DNA of 64,000 bases from Tubulanus polymorphus (lineage: Eukaryota; Animalia; Nemertea), in contig NC_134027.1 in the NCBI RefSeq assembly GCF_964204645.1, forward strand, positions 15,098,485 to 15,162,484. The letters are read 5' to 3'. A program made the translations under genes and the position numbers. Below, one piece after another: positions 1 to 10,287 of the stretch. Under the pieces are notes generated by a model, which did no database searches, had not been told where the DNA came from, and was given only the letters and a program-made list of their open reading frames with translations. Each line of letters starts with the position of its first letter. Within the stretch, counting starts at the first letter, position 1.

Positions 1-1254
1 TTTACTCAACAAAGTAGGAAAGTGTGTGAAACTGAAATTACAGCCTATCGCATTTCTTTCACTTCTTAAGCCAAACGAAGTTTTCTGTATCAAATGAAAT
101 TGCTGATTTCAAAATTACGTGAATATCTCAACACTGCCCTTTTACACGCTAATCTTGTGATCTTTTATAATAAGTTGGTAATTTCATTTCAACCAAACTG
201 TATAACTATGAAATAATATTTGATCAGGCAATCACTTCTGGCAAGCGATAAAACGATTCATGAACAAGCCAAGAACAGCGTGACGAAGTGAACATAACAT
301 TGATTACTTAAAACCCTTTGTATCGAAATAAACAATAAATTCAAGGTTAATTCTTAGTATTTTAGATACATTTTTTTCGGAATATTTTGTATAGTCTTCA
401 TCCAGATAATGAGATAATAAGACGTTATTCATTTCATGAACATATGATTTTATTTGTATATTCCTTTCTCATATATCCTTAAAACAAATTAAGCCTAAAT
501 GACAAATTTATTCTTTTATCTTTCTTTTCTACAAAATCAAAGATTTATGAACGCACCAGAATGTTTTATAATCGTAAATGTAAAACAAAAATCTTAAAAT
601 TCTTAATTAGGACTGGCACTATATTAGTATTAATGGATTTAATCCTTGATGATGTTATATAAATCAATAGTTTTCCTATTGGATATTGCTATTTTGTTGA
701 GCGTAATATAAATTAGGGGAATCTTGGCAACTCCAAAACTTGGATTTTCTATTCACAGAACTGTATTCAAATCATACAGAGTTCTGTATACAAAGCATAT
801 AGGGTTTAACGTAACCTTTGAACCTGTCACGTATCACTGCAAATTTTTAACAGATGCTGCTATTTTGAACAGGAAATTACCAGGCCATCTCAAAATGGCC
901 ACTTTTCAATGGTTCAATGATAGAAACGATATGTTTTGAGAGTAGATGTTATGGTAGGAGTTACTATCACAAAGTCACTGTTTACAGGCGGGTGGTTTTA
1001 CACATCACCTCTACTGCTACTGTGCACTATCAAAACCAGATGTTTTGAAATGGTCACTTTTCAATAGTAGACTCTTCGAAACAGCCACGATAGAAAACCA
1101 ACCGAATTGAAAGGAATACTATTTCAGAGTGACTGTTTTGAAATGTATACTACTGGAAAAGTAACCGATATCGTTAATTGCTTATTGTTCTCAAGTGGCT
1201 ACTAAGTAAATGTAGACGTTTGGGCTCAAAAGTGCGATAGACATGTTCTTGGAT

Positions 1255-2082
1255 TCAGCCTTTCAAATATGTTTCTTTAATATGTCTTTTAAATTCATTA
1301 AATATTTTTCTCTTTTATTTGTGTTTTTCAAATTATTTCTTCAGAGTGTGTTTGAATATTATAATCCATTTTTACTTCTGATTTGATAAAACTTACTTTT
1401 CCAGAAATTCTAAATTTTGGATATTCAACATCTGTTACAAAATCTAGTATTTTTTTCCATGATTTCAATAAATTTACTATAATCTTCTATTGTTGCTCCT
1501 TTAAAAAATCTAAATATAATAACTGCAGGCCCAATTTTACTACGTAATATTTCTGAAATTTCAATTGTATCTTTTATTTCTAGTGAATCGATATAATTTC
1601 TAACATTTTCTATATAAGGTTTATTTGAAATAGATTTAGTTTTTGAAACTGGTTTTTTTACTTGTTTAGGTTTATCATCAAAATAATCTGTTCCTAAAAC
1701 ATTATTACTTAAATTTTGTTTGTGTTTTTGCGATTCGAGATGTCTTTTATAATTCCTTTTTGCTATAAATCCATTACATACTTCACCTTTTATTTCATCC
1801 ACATTCATATTTTCTAATTGTTCTTTTCTTTCATTGGAATTTTCTGGAGTTTCAAAATCTATAACATTTTTTTAATGATTTGCAGTTTTTTCATGCCGAG
1901 ATTTATTAGATTTTTCAATGTATTTTTTACAATATGTACAATAATATTGATTTTCATTAACATCACTTTTTTCTGTCTGGTACTCACTGTCTCCCATTTA
2001 TTAGGGAAAATAATTACTTGTGGTGATGAGTGGTGTGTCGTCCTCTCGTCCTCTGATCTGAAAACGCCATATTCCAATTACT
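1255..2082 (-). mobile_element. Right-end fragment of a Polinton copy from the same family as 4101-20445 (TIR plus 5' part of pPolB, degenerate)
   Basis: 1255-1997 aligns by eye with ~19615-20360 (zinc-finger N-terminus of pPolB, with frameshifts). 1990-2082 is a variant of the 93-bp TIR and ends ...CCAATTACT. Confidence 0.9.
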
Positions 2083-2159
2083 CAAATTGCATCTAAATCG
2101 ATGTGCCCATTCTTTAAGTATTTGAAATTTGATATTGACGTCTTCAGGTTTGGGTAGTA

Positions 2160-2700
2160 GTTCAGTTTTGATTCTCAGTTATTCTGTACAAAAAACACGC
2201 TTCTTCGAGTCTGGGTTCATTCAGGTACCAATTTATCGTATCATTTTGACCATCACTTGTTGGAGTACGCGAAAAGACGGATGAACAGTGCAGTCTTGTT
2301 TTGTTCGCATTTTCGTGTTTTTCGTTGTAGGCGTCCGCGAGCGCTTTGAAAGAGGCACCGAAATGATTCATCGAGACGGAAACATGTTCAAGATAATCAA
2401 TGGAAAACGCGGTTTGAGATGTTGATAGAAAATAGGTTTCGTTTGGATTTTCTTAATAATAACGTTCGTCCTTCATTCCATTAATTGTGAAATATTGCGG
2501 GTGATATGAAAGCTTCTTGTTCACACAATGCCTACATTCTCCAGAAAACGAAGCCGCTATGTGTATTCCGGTTTTGGTAAATACATGTGGAAAAGACGGT
2601 TCATTTCTCAAAGATATTTTTCATTCGCAAAACAAGCACATCTGTAACGGCGGCATTAGCACAATTGGTTCAAATCCATCTCTGCTGGATGACACTGTCC
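2160..2700 (-). pseudogene. CxC5-like cysteine-cluster fragment, KDZ (Kyakuja-Dileera-Zisupton) transposon-associated
   Basis: Reading through two stops gives PIVLMPPLQMCLFCE*...VFTKTG...ECRHC...YHPQYF...YFLSTSQTAFS...ASFKALADAYN, the layout I associate with CxC5 domains. Confidence 0.45.
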
Positions 2701-3092
2701 CATAAATTATATCTTTGTGAATAGTCTCCATCCTAAGTATATCCGGATATTGTTGACTAATGACCCCATCAAGATCACGACAGCACATTTCACTTTTTTC
2801 GAATGTCCTAACAGATGAAGAGCGACTACAGTTTCCTACCAATTATATACGTACTCCCACCATTATATAAGTACTATTCGTCTCAAAATCGTTTGAAATG
2901 TCCTCAGAAGCTCCAAGATATGTACATCCTTCCATAAATGCTTCCATCGATTTGGTACCGGTATACATTTAGGGAAAAGCTCTGATGCTTTCATAAAAGA
3001 ACATTGTTCTCCGAGTCGTACATAAAACGCCATTTTATCAATTAATATTCACACAAAACGGTAAAACTTTGTTATGGTATCCAGGTGACCCT

Positions 3093-3345
3093 CTGGAACG
3101 ATCCGGAAATTTGTGGAAAAATAATTCTGGTTTTCCGGAATTCCGCGGTACACCCCCCCCCCCTCCGTGCCGTTACGCAATCTGCTTTCTGGAGAGATCC
3201 GGAAATTTCTGGAAGAGCAATTCTATTTTATTCTGGAACGATCTGGAAATTTCTGGAAAAATAATTCTGGTTTTCCGGAATTCCGCGGTACACCCCCCCT
3301 CCGTGCCGTTACGCGATCAGCTTTCTGGAGAGATCCGGAAATTTC
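3093..3345. repeat. GC-rich ~140-bp tandem duplication rich in TCCGGAA sub-repeats
   Basis: Two near-identical copies (starting ~3093 and ~3233) of ctggaacgatcYggaaattt...ttccggaattccgcggtacaccccc...gatccggaaattt. Confidence 0.8.
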
Positions 3346-3592
3346 CAAGCTCGTGATAGCCGACACGCTAATTCGGGCATGTGCGGACGGCGACGATAAT
3401 CGCCCGAGAATTCTTGAATTCCGAGAGTTTGGAGAAATTCCTGATGCGTGCGTTGAAGAAATAATAACTGCTATGGACACTGATGAGTCCATGCAAGTGC
3501 TGAAATCACTGATCCTGGACGGATGGCCGAACCGCAAGGACCTCGTGCCAGATTGCGCGAAACCGTATTATGATATGCGTGACGTAATGAGT

Positions 3593-3719
3593 ATGTGTGT
3601 GTTAAGTCCTGTAATAAAGGTTCACTTCATATTGGAAAACCAGTCGAGTTTATCTCTAAATTCGAGTCGTTTTGGGTCGTCAATGTCGACATTTTAGGAT
3701 TCTGTCTTTCGTCTGGACA
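3593..3719 (+). repeat. BEL 5' LTR, left part deleted
   Basis: Nearly identical to the 3' half of the 3' LTR and ends TGGACA. The TGTCACG start and some flanking Gypsy codons are missing. Confidence 0.85.
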
Positions 3720-3747
3720 GAAGTTGGTCCCTCGAGCCGAGGGTATC

Positions 3748-4100
3748 ATGGAACAAATGGAAAAATTGAAGCAGCCAAGGAGAGCCCAAAGAGGGCAGGT
3801 TACAAAATTACGTGGGAATTGCGAGAAACATTTGGAGGAAAAAATGTGCCAAAAGTTATGTCAACCTTAAAGACTCTTTATTCTAAAATTGAATTGTTGG
3901 AATCGCTCGACAATCAAATTCTAGAATCCTCAGAATTATCTGGAGACGAATACGGTGATTTGGTGGCGAAAGGAAACAAGAGATCGATTTGCTTGAAATG
4001 GCCTTCCAGGAATTAGCTGTTCAAGAGACAAATCGGAGCGATTCGAACCGTGCTCAGAAATCCGCGAGAACTGCAAATCTACCAAAAATTAATATACCGA
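3748..4100 (+). pseudogene. gag: BEL gag, N-terminal part (frameshifted)
   Basis: MEQMEKLKQPRRAQRGQVTKL...; ends ANLPKINIP, which continues IFDGNLLNWQTFIDLF after the Polinton (typical BEL gag LPKxxIPxFDG motif). Confidence 0.8.
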
Positions 4101-4193
4101 AGTAATTAGAAAAGTGGGGTTTCATACCAGAGGACGAGAGGACGAGACACCACTCATCACCACAAGTAATTTTTTTTCCTAATAAATGGGAGA
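4101..4193 (+). repeat. Polinton left TIR
   Basis: Reverse complement of 20353-20445 at 92 of 93 positions; includes the ATG of the adjacent gene. Confidence 0.97.
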
Positions 4194-4512
4194 TAGAAAA
4201 GCATTCTTAGCAACAATAAATAACAGAATAAAACCAGCAAAAAAACAATTTGAAATAAAAAAGTTAGTTGATGTTACAAAAGAAATTGAACATAAAATAT
4301 TGAAATTAGAAAAGATAAAAACTAAATATGGAGAGAAAGTATCAGCTAATTTAAGCTACTGTAATGTTAGTACATCGCGAGAATTTAAAGTGTTTTTACC
4401 CGATAAATGGGTTTCATTGAGTACGGAGGAATTGAAAGATTTAGTAGGATTTAAAATAATATATCATGGGAAAAATGAAGACGGTCATCATGATTTAGAA
4501 ATTGTTGATTAA
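4186..4512 (+). CDS. Small conserved Polinton protein, possibly an OB-fold ssDNA-binding protein
   Basis: Intact 108-aa ORF with TAAATG start; homologue at 32984-33325 (TKYG/TNRYG, LPD, GKNExGHHD). The OB-fold call is inference. Confidence 0.7.
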   Translation: MGDRKAFLATINNRIKPAKKQFEIKKLVDVTKEIEHKILKLEKIKTKYGEKVSANLSYCNVSTSREFKVFLPDKWVSLSTEELKDLVGFKIIYHGKNEDGHHDLEIVD

Positions 4513-4650
4513 ATTTTAAAAAAAATAAATTAATAAAAATAATGAATATCTAGAATCCGAAATGACTTACCTGGACAATTTAATTGCTCCACATAGATAG
4601 ACAAAAGTAGTGAGATATTCAATTATTTTTTTTGCTTTTTTTCTAAAATA

Positions 4651-5019
4651 TTAATCCATTTTTTTTATTATCAATTTTGGAATTTCAGAAGTACTTTCAT
4701 TTTTGATAGCAGTTGGTTCAGAATTACTAATATCATGAATTTTATTTGATTTCTTATACCAATTACACCCAATCAAAATGAATACAATTACAAATCCAAC
4801 TGTAAAATATAGATATTTATCAAATATTCTACTATCAGAAGGAGTAGAAATAACAATATTTTCACCATTTTTATTAACATTTTTATTACTTATTTTTTCT
4901 TTTACAGCTTTTTTATATTCTTGTGATTTAATTCCTAATTGTCGAGACCATTCAATTTGTTTCTGAGTTCTCGGTTTTTTCTTCACAGTTAATTCCTTCA
5001 CTTCTTTCACTTCGCTCAT
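4651..5019 (-). CDS. Polinton protein, basic N-terminus and one TM helix
   Basis: 122 aa; hydrophobic YLYFTVGFVIVFILIGC; TAAATG start. Confidence 0.7.
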   Translation of the reverse strand: MSEVKEVKELTVKKKPRTQKQIEWSRQLGIKSQEYKKAVKEKISNKNVNKNGENIVISTPSDSRIFDKYLYFTVGFVIVFILIGCNWYKKSNKIHDISNSEPTAIKNESTSEIPKLIIKKMD

Positions 5020-5557
5020 TTATTATAGAAATATTTTTACTTTCAATATTTGAAAATGTTATAACCCCGGTTGATAATAATGTCATAAATCCTCCTAATT
5101 GAAATGATAAATATCCAATCCATTTATTTAATTCAGTCATAACTAAATAATCATTTTTTAAATCGGAATATAATCTATTTTCATCTTCAATTGGTAGTAT
5201 ATAATTACATAATTTACTATAACCTTTTACTACATTTTCTGATATCGCGTCATTAATTTTAGCTGTTCTCGCGGCTTCATAAATCTTAAATAATCTAATA
5301 ATTTCATCTGATTTCATTGTATCTAATTCATTATAAGTTAAATTTTTACCGACAAAATTTTTACATTTTCCAGATGCTATTAATATTTCTAATTGATGTT
5401 TACAATAAAGATAATATTCATAATTATTATTTGTTGTTACATTATTTAAAGCACCATCATCTGGAGTTAATTTTGTTTCTGTTATTCCTAAATCATCTAA
5501 AGTTTTTTCAATTGGAACATCACCATTTTTAGATTTTATTTTCTTTTCACCTCCCAT
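4952..5557 (-). CDS. Polinton hypothetical protein with a hydrophobic C-terminal segment
   Basis: 201 aa; TAAATG start; WIGYLSFQLGGFMTLLSTGVITF. Confidence 0.7.
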   Translation of the reverse strand: MGGEKKIKSKNGDVPIEKTLDDLGITETKLTPDDGALNNVTTNNNYEYYLYCKHQLEILIASGKCKNFVGKNLTYNELDTMKSDEIIRLFKIYEAARTAKINDAISENVVKGYSKLCNYILPIEDENRLYSDLKNDYLVMTELNKWIGYLSFQLGGFMTLLSTGVITFSNIESKNISIINERSERSEGINCEEKTENSETN

Positions 5558-5574
5558 TTATAAAACAAATAAAT

Positions 5575-5850
5575 TAGTTGTGTTGTTGCAACTAGAATTC
5601 AACTAGAATGTAACTAGAATTCAACTAGATTAACAAGCTTGTTGAAATATTGTTGTTTTTGTTTATTTCTTGTTAAATGTAGTTGATTTTTGTTCCAACT
5701 ACTAACAACTAGAATTCAACTAGAATGTAACTAGAATTAAACTAGATTAACAAGCTAGTTAAAATATTGTTAAATCTATTTGATTTTTGTTACAACTACT
5801 AATAACTAGAATTCAACTAGAATTCAACTAGATTAACAAACTAATTGAAT
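5575..5850. repeat. Intergenic array of 11-bp AACTAGAAT(TC/GT) units in three blocks
   Basis: Blocks start near 5590, 5707 and 5804; each ends AACTAGATTAACAA. Confidence 0.85.
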
Positions 5851-6459
5851 TTAAATAAATTCATATTTAAATGGGTGTTGTAATCTAAATAGTAATTTTG
5901 ATCTTTTAATATTTTTCAACTTATCCATATATTCATTATGTAAATCATGTGGAATAATATCATTTTCCTCAAGTGCATTTTTCATTGATTTTCTATCTTT
6001 ATTGTAGAATAAAACTAGAAATCTAATGTTTTCTCTAAAGTCTTTAACAATTGAATTATATTTTCGATTTAAAACCCAAGTTGTTATCCCAAAATGTCTC
6101 CCAGAGAAAGCTAAATAGCATAACTCACTTTCTCTAACTTTTGAATCATGTAGATTAGCACAATCATCTATAATGAATAATGTATTTGATCCTTTATAAA
6201 TATCAATTGCTATTTTAATACAATTATCTAAATTTTCTTTTACTGTTTTAGGATCAAATATAATAAATTTCTTATTCCTAGTAATATTTCTATCATAAGT
6301 TTGATTAAATTCATATGTTGGACAAAATAATACTATATTATCAAAATAGTTTTCATAAACAGTTTCTAATAAATTTAATATAAAATAAGTTTTTCCACAA
6401 TTTGTTACACCAGAAATTAACATATTATGAGGCTCAAATATGAATAATTCCTTATTCAT
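5851..6459 (-). CDS. A32/FtsK-like genome packaging ATPase
   Basis: Walker A GVTNCGKT, Walker B LFIIDD, downstream SGRH motif, FRENIR. Confidence 0.92.
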   Translation of the reverse strand: MNKELFIFEPHNMLISGVTNCGKTYFILNLLETVYENYFDNIVLFCPTYEFNQTYDRNITRNKKFIIFDPKTVKENLDNCIKIAIDIYKGSNTLFIIDDCANLHDSKVRESELCYLAFSGRHFGITTWVLNRKYNSIVKDFRENIRFLVLFYNKDRKSMKNALEENDIIPHDLHNEYMDKLKNIKRSKLLFRLQHPFKYEFI

Positions 6460-7587
6460 TTATATATTTTTAATTTTACTTGATAATATCCATTCATTAA
6501 ATTTATCTGGCCATCCAACCCATTTTACTAAAGAATATTTTTTTCTTTTAATAGTTTTTGTTTTTAATACTTTTTCAATTTTATATTCTTGTTCTAGATT
6601 TTCAGTAGTTAAACTTAATTCTTCTTCGTAAAAGTAGCCATCAACTTCTTCACCATCTAAATCTTCTAATTGATAGACATATGGTTTTGTTGTTATTACC
6701 TTTTTTATTTTATATATTTCCCTAGTAAAATTTCGATCGTATCCTTTGTCAAATATCTTTTTATACTTAGATATTCTAACATTTTGGCCAACTTTAAATT
6801 TAGGTTCACCAAAATCATCTACAAGAAATGCTCCATATAAATTATTCCAAACAATTTCAGCATTTTCAGATTTTCTAGCATCAATAGGTTTCATTCCAAT
6901 AGAAGAATGATAAGAATTATTATATCCTTCTATCAATTTTGGTAAAACATCAATCCATTTAAAAGTATTATTTGCTGTAAAATATTTCCACATTCTTGTT
7001 CTTAATGTTCTATTAAATCGTTCAACAACTGCTGCTTTTTTATCTGATTTTGTTGAAAAATATTTAATATTATGATTATCTAAGAGTTCATGAACAAGTG
7101 AATTATCAAACTCTTTTCCATCATCAAATTGTATTTTTTCTGGATTTAGTTTATCATCCGAAAGAAATTTTCTTAAAACATTTGATGTTTGTACAGCATC
7201 TTTTCTATAAAGTGGGAAACTCCATACATAACGACTAAAAATATCAATTATATTCAATAACCACCAATAATCATCATTATCTTTCTTAACATTTTTCATA
7301 TCAATTAAATCTCCTTGCCACTGTTGATCTACATAACTTACCATAGTTTTACGAGTTTTATATTTTCTAACAATTTTTTTATGTGTTGTATATGTTGGTT
7401 GTTCTAACATAAATTCATTTATATCTTTATATTTAACTAAATTTTGTGGGATTATCTTATCTAATTTATCTTGTTTTACTTTACGCCATATATTTTTAGT
7501 AGAAGAATAAGCAACCGAACTCTCAGGGTTGTAATATAAATTTCTTAAATATTGTTCTTTAGTATTAGGAGTTTTTTTACCACTCAT
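6460..7587 (-). CDS. Retroviral-like (rve) integrase with C-terminal chromodomain
   Basis: WQGDLIDM, IDIFSRY, QFDDGKEF, KAAVVERFNRTL (DDE triad); EYKIEKVL...LVKWVGWPDKFNEWI chromodomain. Confidence 0.95.
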   Translation of the reverse strand: MSGKKTPNTKEQYLRNLYYNPESSVAYSSTKNIWRKVKQDKLDKIIPQNLVKYKDINEFMLEQPTYTTHKKIVRKYKTRKTMVSYVDQQWQGDLIDMKNVKKDNDDYWWLLNIIDIFSRYVWSFPLYRKDAVQTSNVLRKFLSDDKLNPEKIQFDDGKEFDNSLVHELLDNHNIKYFSTKSDKKAAVVERFNRTLRTRMWKYFTANNTFKWIDVLPKLIEGYNNSYHSSIGMKPIDARKSENAEIVWNNLYGAFLVDDFGEPKFKVGQNVRISKYKKIFDKGYDRNFTREIYKIKKVITTKPYVYQLEDLDGEEVDGYFYEEELSLTTENLEQEYKIEKVLKTKTIKRKKYSLVKWVGWPDKFNEWILSSKIKNI

Positions 7588-7617
7588 TTATATATCCTTA
7601 ATTTTAACTTTATATTT

Positions 7618-8865
7618 CTAATATTGAATACTATCTAATTGTGAATTTACAATATTTAATTGCACGTCAGATATAATATAAATGTGCATTTTAAAATTTT
7701 TGATTCCTTTATTCTTTGTCATGAATAATTGTATTCCATCTTTAGTGTTCTGTAGTTTTTTTCCAAAACCATGTAATGAATTATCTTCTGTTGTTCTAAA
7801 ATCTAACCATAATCCATATTTATTACCGGTATAATAATCAATTTGATTAATATTACAATTTTCAAATGATTTTACTTTTTCATTCATAAAATGTTTTCTA
7901 ATTTCTGACCATTGATGAATCATTCTCATTCCTTGACAAAATATTTTATTCGCTATTCCTTCGATAGTTATTTCTACTTTTGTTATTTCAGGATTATAAT
8001 AATTATCAACATTTATTGCACCATTAGAATATGTTGCAATAGTAAAAAATATTAATATACCTTTAATAGATCTTCTAGGAAAGTTAATATTCTCATTAAT
8101 TATTTCATCATTTGCATTAATAGTTACAGTTTTAAATTTATCAATATAATCATATAATAATGAAAATCCTTGATTGTATTGAGTTTGAATTGTGCTAGCA
8201 ATATTTTCATTAGTTACTGTGTTATATTCTAAACATATATTCGATAATTTATAACCCATATCTTTAACAACGCTAGATAATACAATTTCATTTACAGGAG
8301 CAAATGTTATCTCAAATATAATATCTTCTTGAATTGCGTATTTATATAAAGGTGCATTATTATTTATCAATTCAAAGTCTAATGGAATTTTATATTTGCT
8401 TCCATAAATCTTTTTAATCAAATTATCTACGCCATTATTTACTACTGCGTTATTGGCTTCAGATCTTAATTTATTTTGGTTTTCTGATTGAATTCCTTGA
8501 AATATCATATTATTTCTATTTTCTTTAGTTAACCATAAATCTTTATAATGTGAAAATAAATTATAATCATCTAATGAGAAAACTGTTTCCGGACCAATCT
8601 TTATTGTTAATTTTTTAATCAAATATCTTCCAACATTATCAACAACATAATTATTATTATTACCGATTACTTTTATATCAGCTGATAAATAAATACTATT
8701 TGGAACATAAAAAGTATTTTGTGTTAATCTAGGAATTCTAACATATAAAGTTTCATCGGGATTAATATTTGAAGGGTTATGAGTAATTATATGATGTGAT
8801 CTTTCTGCTTTAATAGCATTAGATATTCTATGATTCTTCGAAGGACTTATATAACTCCCACTCAT
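7618..8865 (-). CDS. Probable major capsid protein (double jelly-roll)
   Basis: 415-aa beta-rich ORF (NPSNINPDETLYVRIPRL...LSNICLEY...GLWLDFR); size and position fit a Polinton MCP. Fold not verified. Confidence 0.75.
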   Translation of the reverse strand: MSGSYISPSKNHRISNAIKAERSHHIITHNPSNINPDETLYVRIPRLTQNTFYVPNSIYLSADIKVIGNNNNYVVDNVGRYLIKKLTIKIGPETVFSLDDYNLFSHYKDLWLTKENRNNMIFQGIQSENQNKLRSEANNAVVNNGVDNLIKKIYGSKYKIPLDFELINNNAPLYKYAIQEDIIFEITFAPVNEIVLSSVVKDMGYKLSNICLEYNTVTNENIASTIQTQYNQGFSLLYDYIDKFKTVTINANDEIINENINFPRRSIKGILIFFTIATYSNGAINVDNYYNPEITKVEITIEGIANKIFCQGMRMIHQWSEIRKHFMNEKVKSFENCNINQIDYYTGNKYGLWLDFRTTEDNSLHGFGKKLQNTKDGIQLFMTKNKGIKNFKMHIYIISDVQLNIVNSQLDSIQY

Positions 8866-8885
8866 TTATTTAACAAAAAAATTAA

Positions 8886-10271
8886 TTATTTATTTTTTGA
8901 TATCATATTTACTAAACCAAAAATAATAGCACTTACAACTGTAATTAAAAATAAAATAATATGTTCAGCAGCAAAGTTAATAATGTTTCCTGCAGATTTC
9001 AATATAAAACCAACAATTGAAGCAATAACTCCTGGCAATGCTGCAGCAGATTTTTTAGATAGTTCCCATAAATATTTTGCTAATTTCTTTAAACCATCTT
9101 TAACTTTATCTTGTATAGAATTATTGCCTGGAGGTTTATCTGGTTTATTGGGAGTGGGAGTAGGAGGAGTAGATTTTAAAGCATTTGATATAGCTAAACC
9201 AATTGTTGTAAATAACATAGTTACAGCTGTTAGAATTGAGAGAATTGTTATTCCTTCTAATTTAAATAATAACTTCATCCTGTCTTTTAATGATATTTCA
9301 GAATTTGGTTTAATCAACAAATCTTTAAAAATAACTTTTAATCTATTAATATTATAATCATATGATTTTAACAATAATTTAATTTCTTCTTTTTGTAATT
9401 CTATGTTATATTCTAAATCATCTTTTTCTTTTTCTAAACGTAATTCTTTTTGCCTATATTCTATTTCATCAATTACTTGATGATCTAAATCAGACTTTAA
9501 TTGTTCTATTTCTTTATTTTTATCAGTTAATTCTTTTTCTAAAGTTCTAATTTTAAAATCTCTTATACTTTTATTATGTGCAATTTTATCAGATGCAAGT
9601 CTTATACTAATAATTTCTCTAATTGCTTTATCAGAAAATATATCTAAATCTTCTAATTCTTGATCTGTTGCATCAAGTAATCCATTCGGTAAAAGTTTTT
9701 CAATTGGAACTTTATTTGATTTAAGTTTACTATTTTTGGAAGTTATATTCTGTTCAGAAGTTGTTTCTGTTTCTGATTTCTTTTTGATTATTTCAAATAA
9801 TTCATTAATTCTTTGTTTAAATACATCTATATTATCATCTATTTCTTTTTGTGTAACATCAGTTATTTCATTACTATTACTTATTATTTTAATTCTATCT
9901 GGTTTTAATTTTTCTAAAGTTGATTCTGATAATATTTTATTTTTATTATTTTTATAAGTGATATCAATATAATAATCACCTTTCAAACGATAATAACATT
10001 TACCATTATCTAAAAATTTTAATTGATCTTCTAATTTAGGTATTTTTTTTAAATTATCTAAATCTTGTTTTACTAAATCTGGGTCTAAATTTTCAGGATT
10101 TAATTGTGATTCAGCATTTTTAATATAATCAGGCATATTTAAATTATTGTTATATTCTGATTCATTACCATCATTAAAACTTGTTTCATCAAAATCAGGT
10201 GGTTGTTCATCAGTTATGTTAGGTTCATCAAAAGGATCCATTCCAATATCTTCTCCACCTTCTACATCCAT
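8886..10271 (-). CDS. Coiled-coil protein with a hydrophobic/amphipathic C-terminus (candidate membrane-penetration protein)
   Basis: Acidic N-terminus, long heptad region, GITILSILTAVTMLFTTIGLAI, Pro-rich linker, AAALPGVIASIVGFIL, C-terminal TM. Confidence 0.75.
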   Translation of the reverse strand: MDVEGGEDIGMDPFDEPNITDEQPPDFDETSFNDGNESEYNNNLNMPDYIKNAESQLNPENLDPDLVKQDLDNLKKIPKLEDQLKFLDNGKCYYRLKGDYYIDITYKNNKNKILSESTLEKLKPDRIKIISNSNEITDVTQKEIDDNIDVFKQRINELFEIIKKKSETETTSEQNITSKNSKLKSNKVPIEKLLPNGLLDATDQELEDLDIFSDKAIREIISIRLASDKIAHNKSIRDFKIRTLEKELTDKNKEIEQLKSDLDHQVIDEIEYRQKELRLEKEKDDLEYNIELQKEEIKLLLKSYDYNINRLKVIFKDLLIKPNSEISLKDRMKLLFKLEGITILSILTAVTMLFTTIGLAISNALKSTPPTPTPNKPDKPPGNNSIQDKVKDGLKKLAKYLWELSKKSAAALPGVIASIVGFILKSAGNIINFAAEHIILFLITVVSAIIFGLVNMISKNK

Positions 10272-10287
10272 TTATATAATAAAAAAA

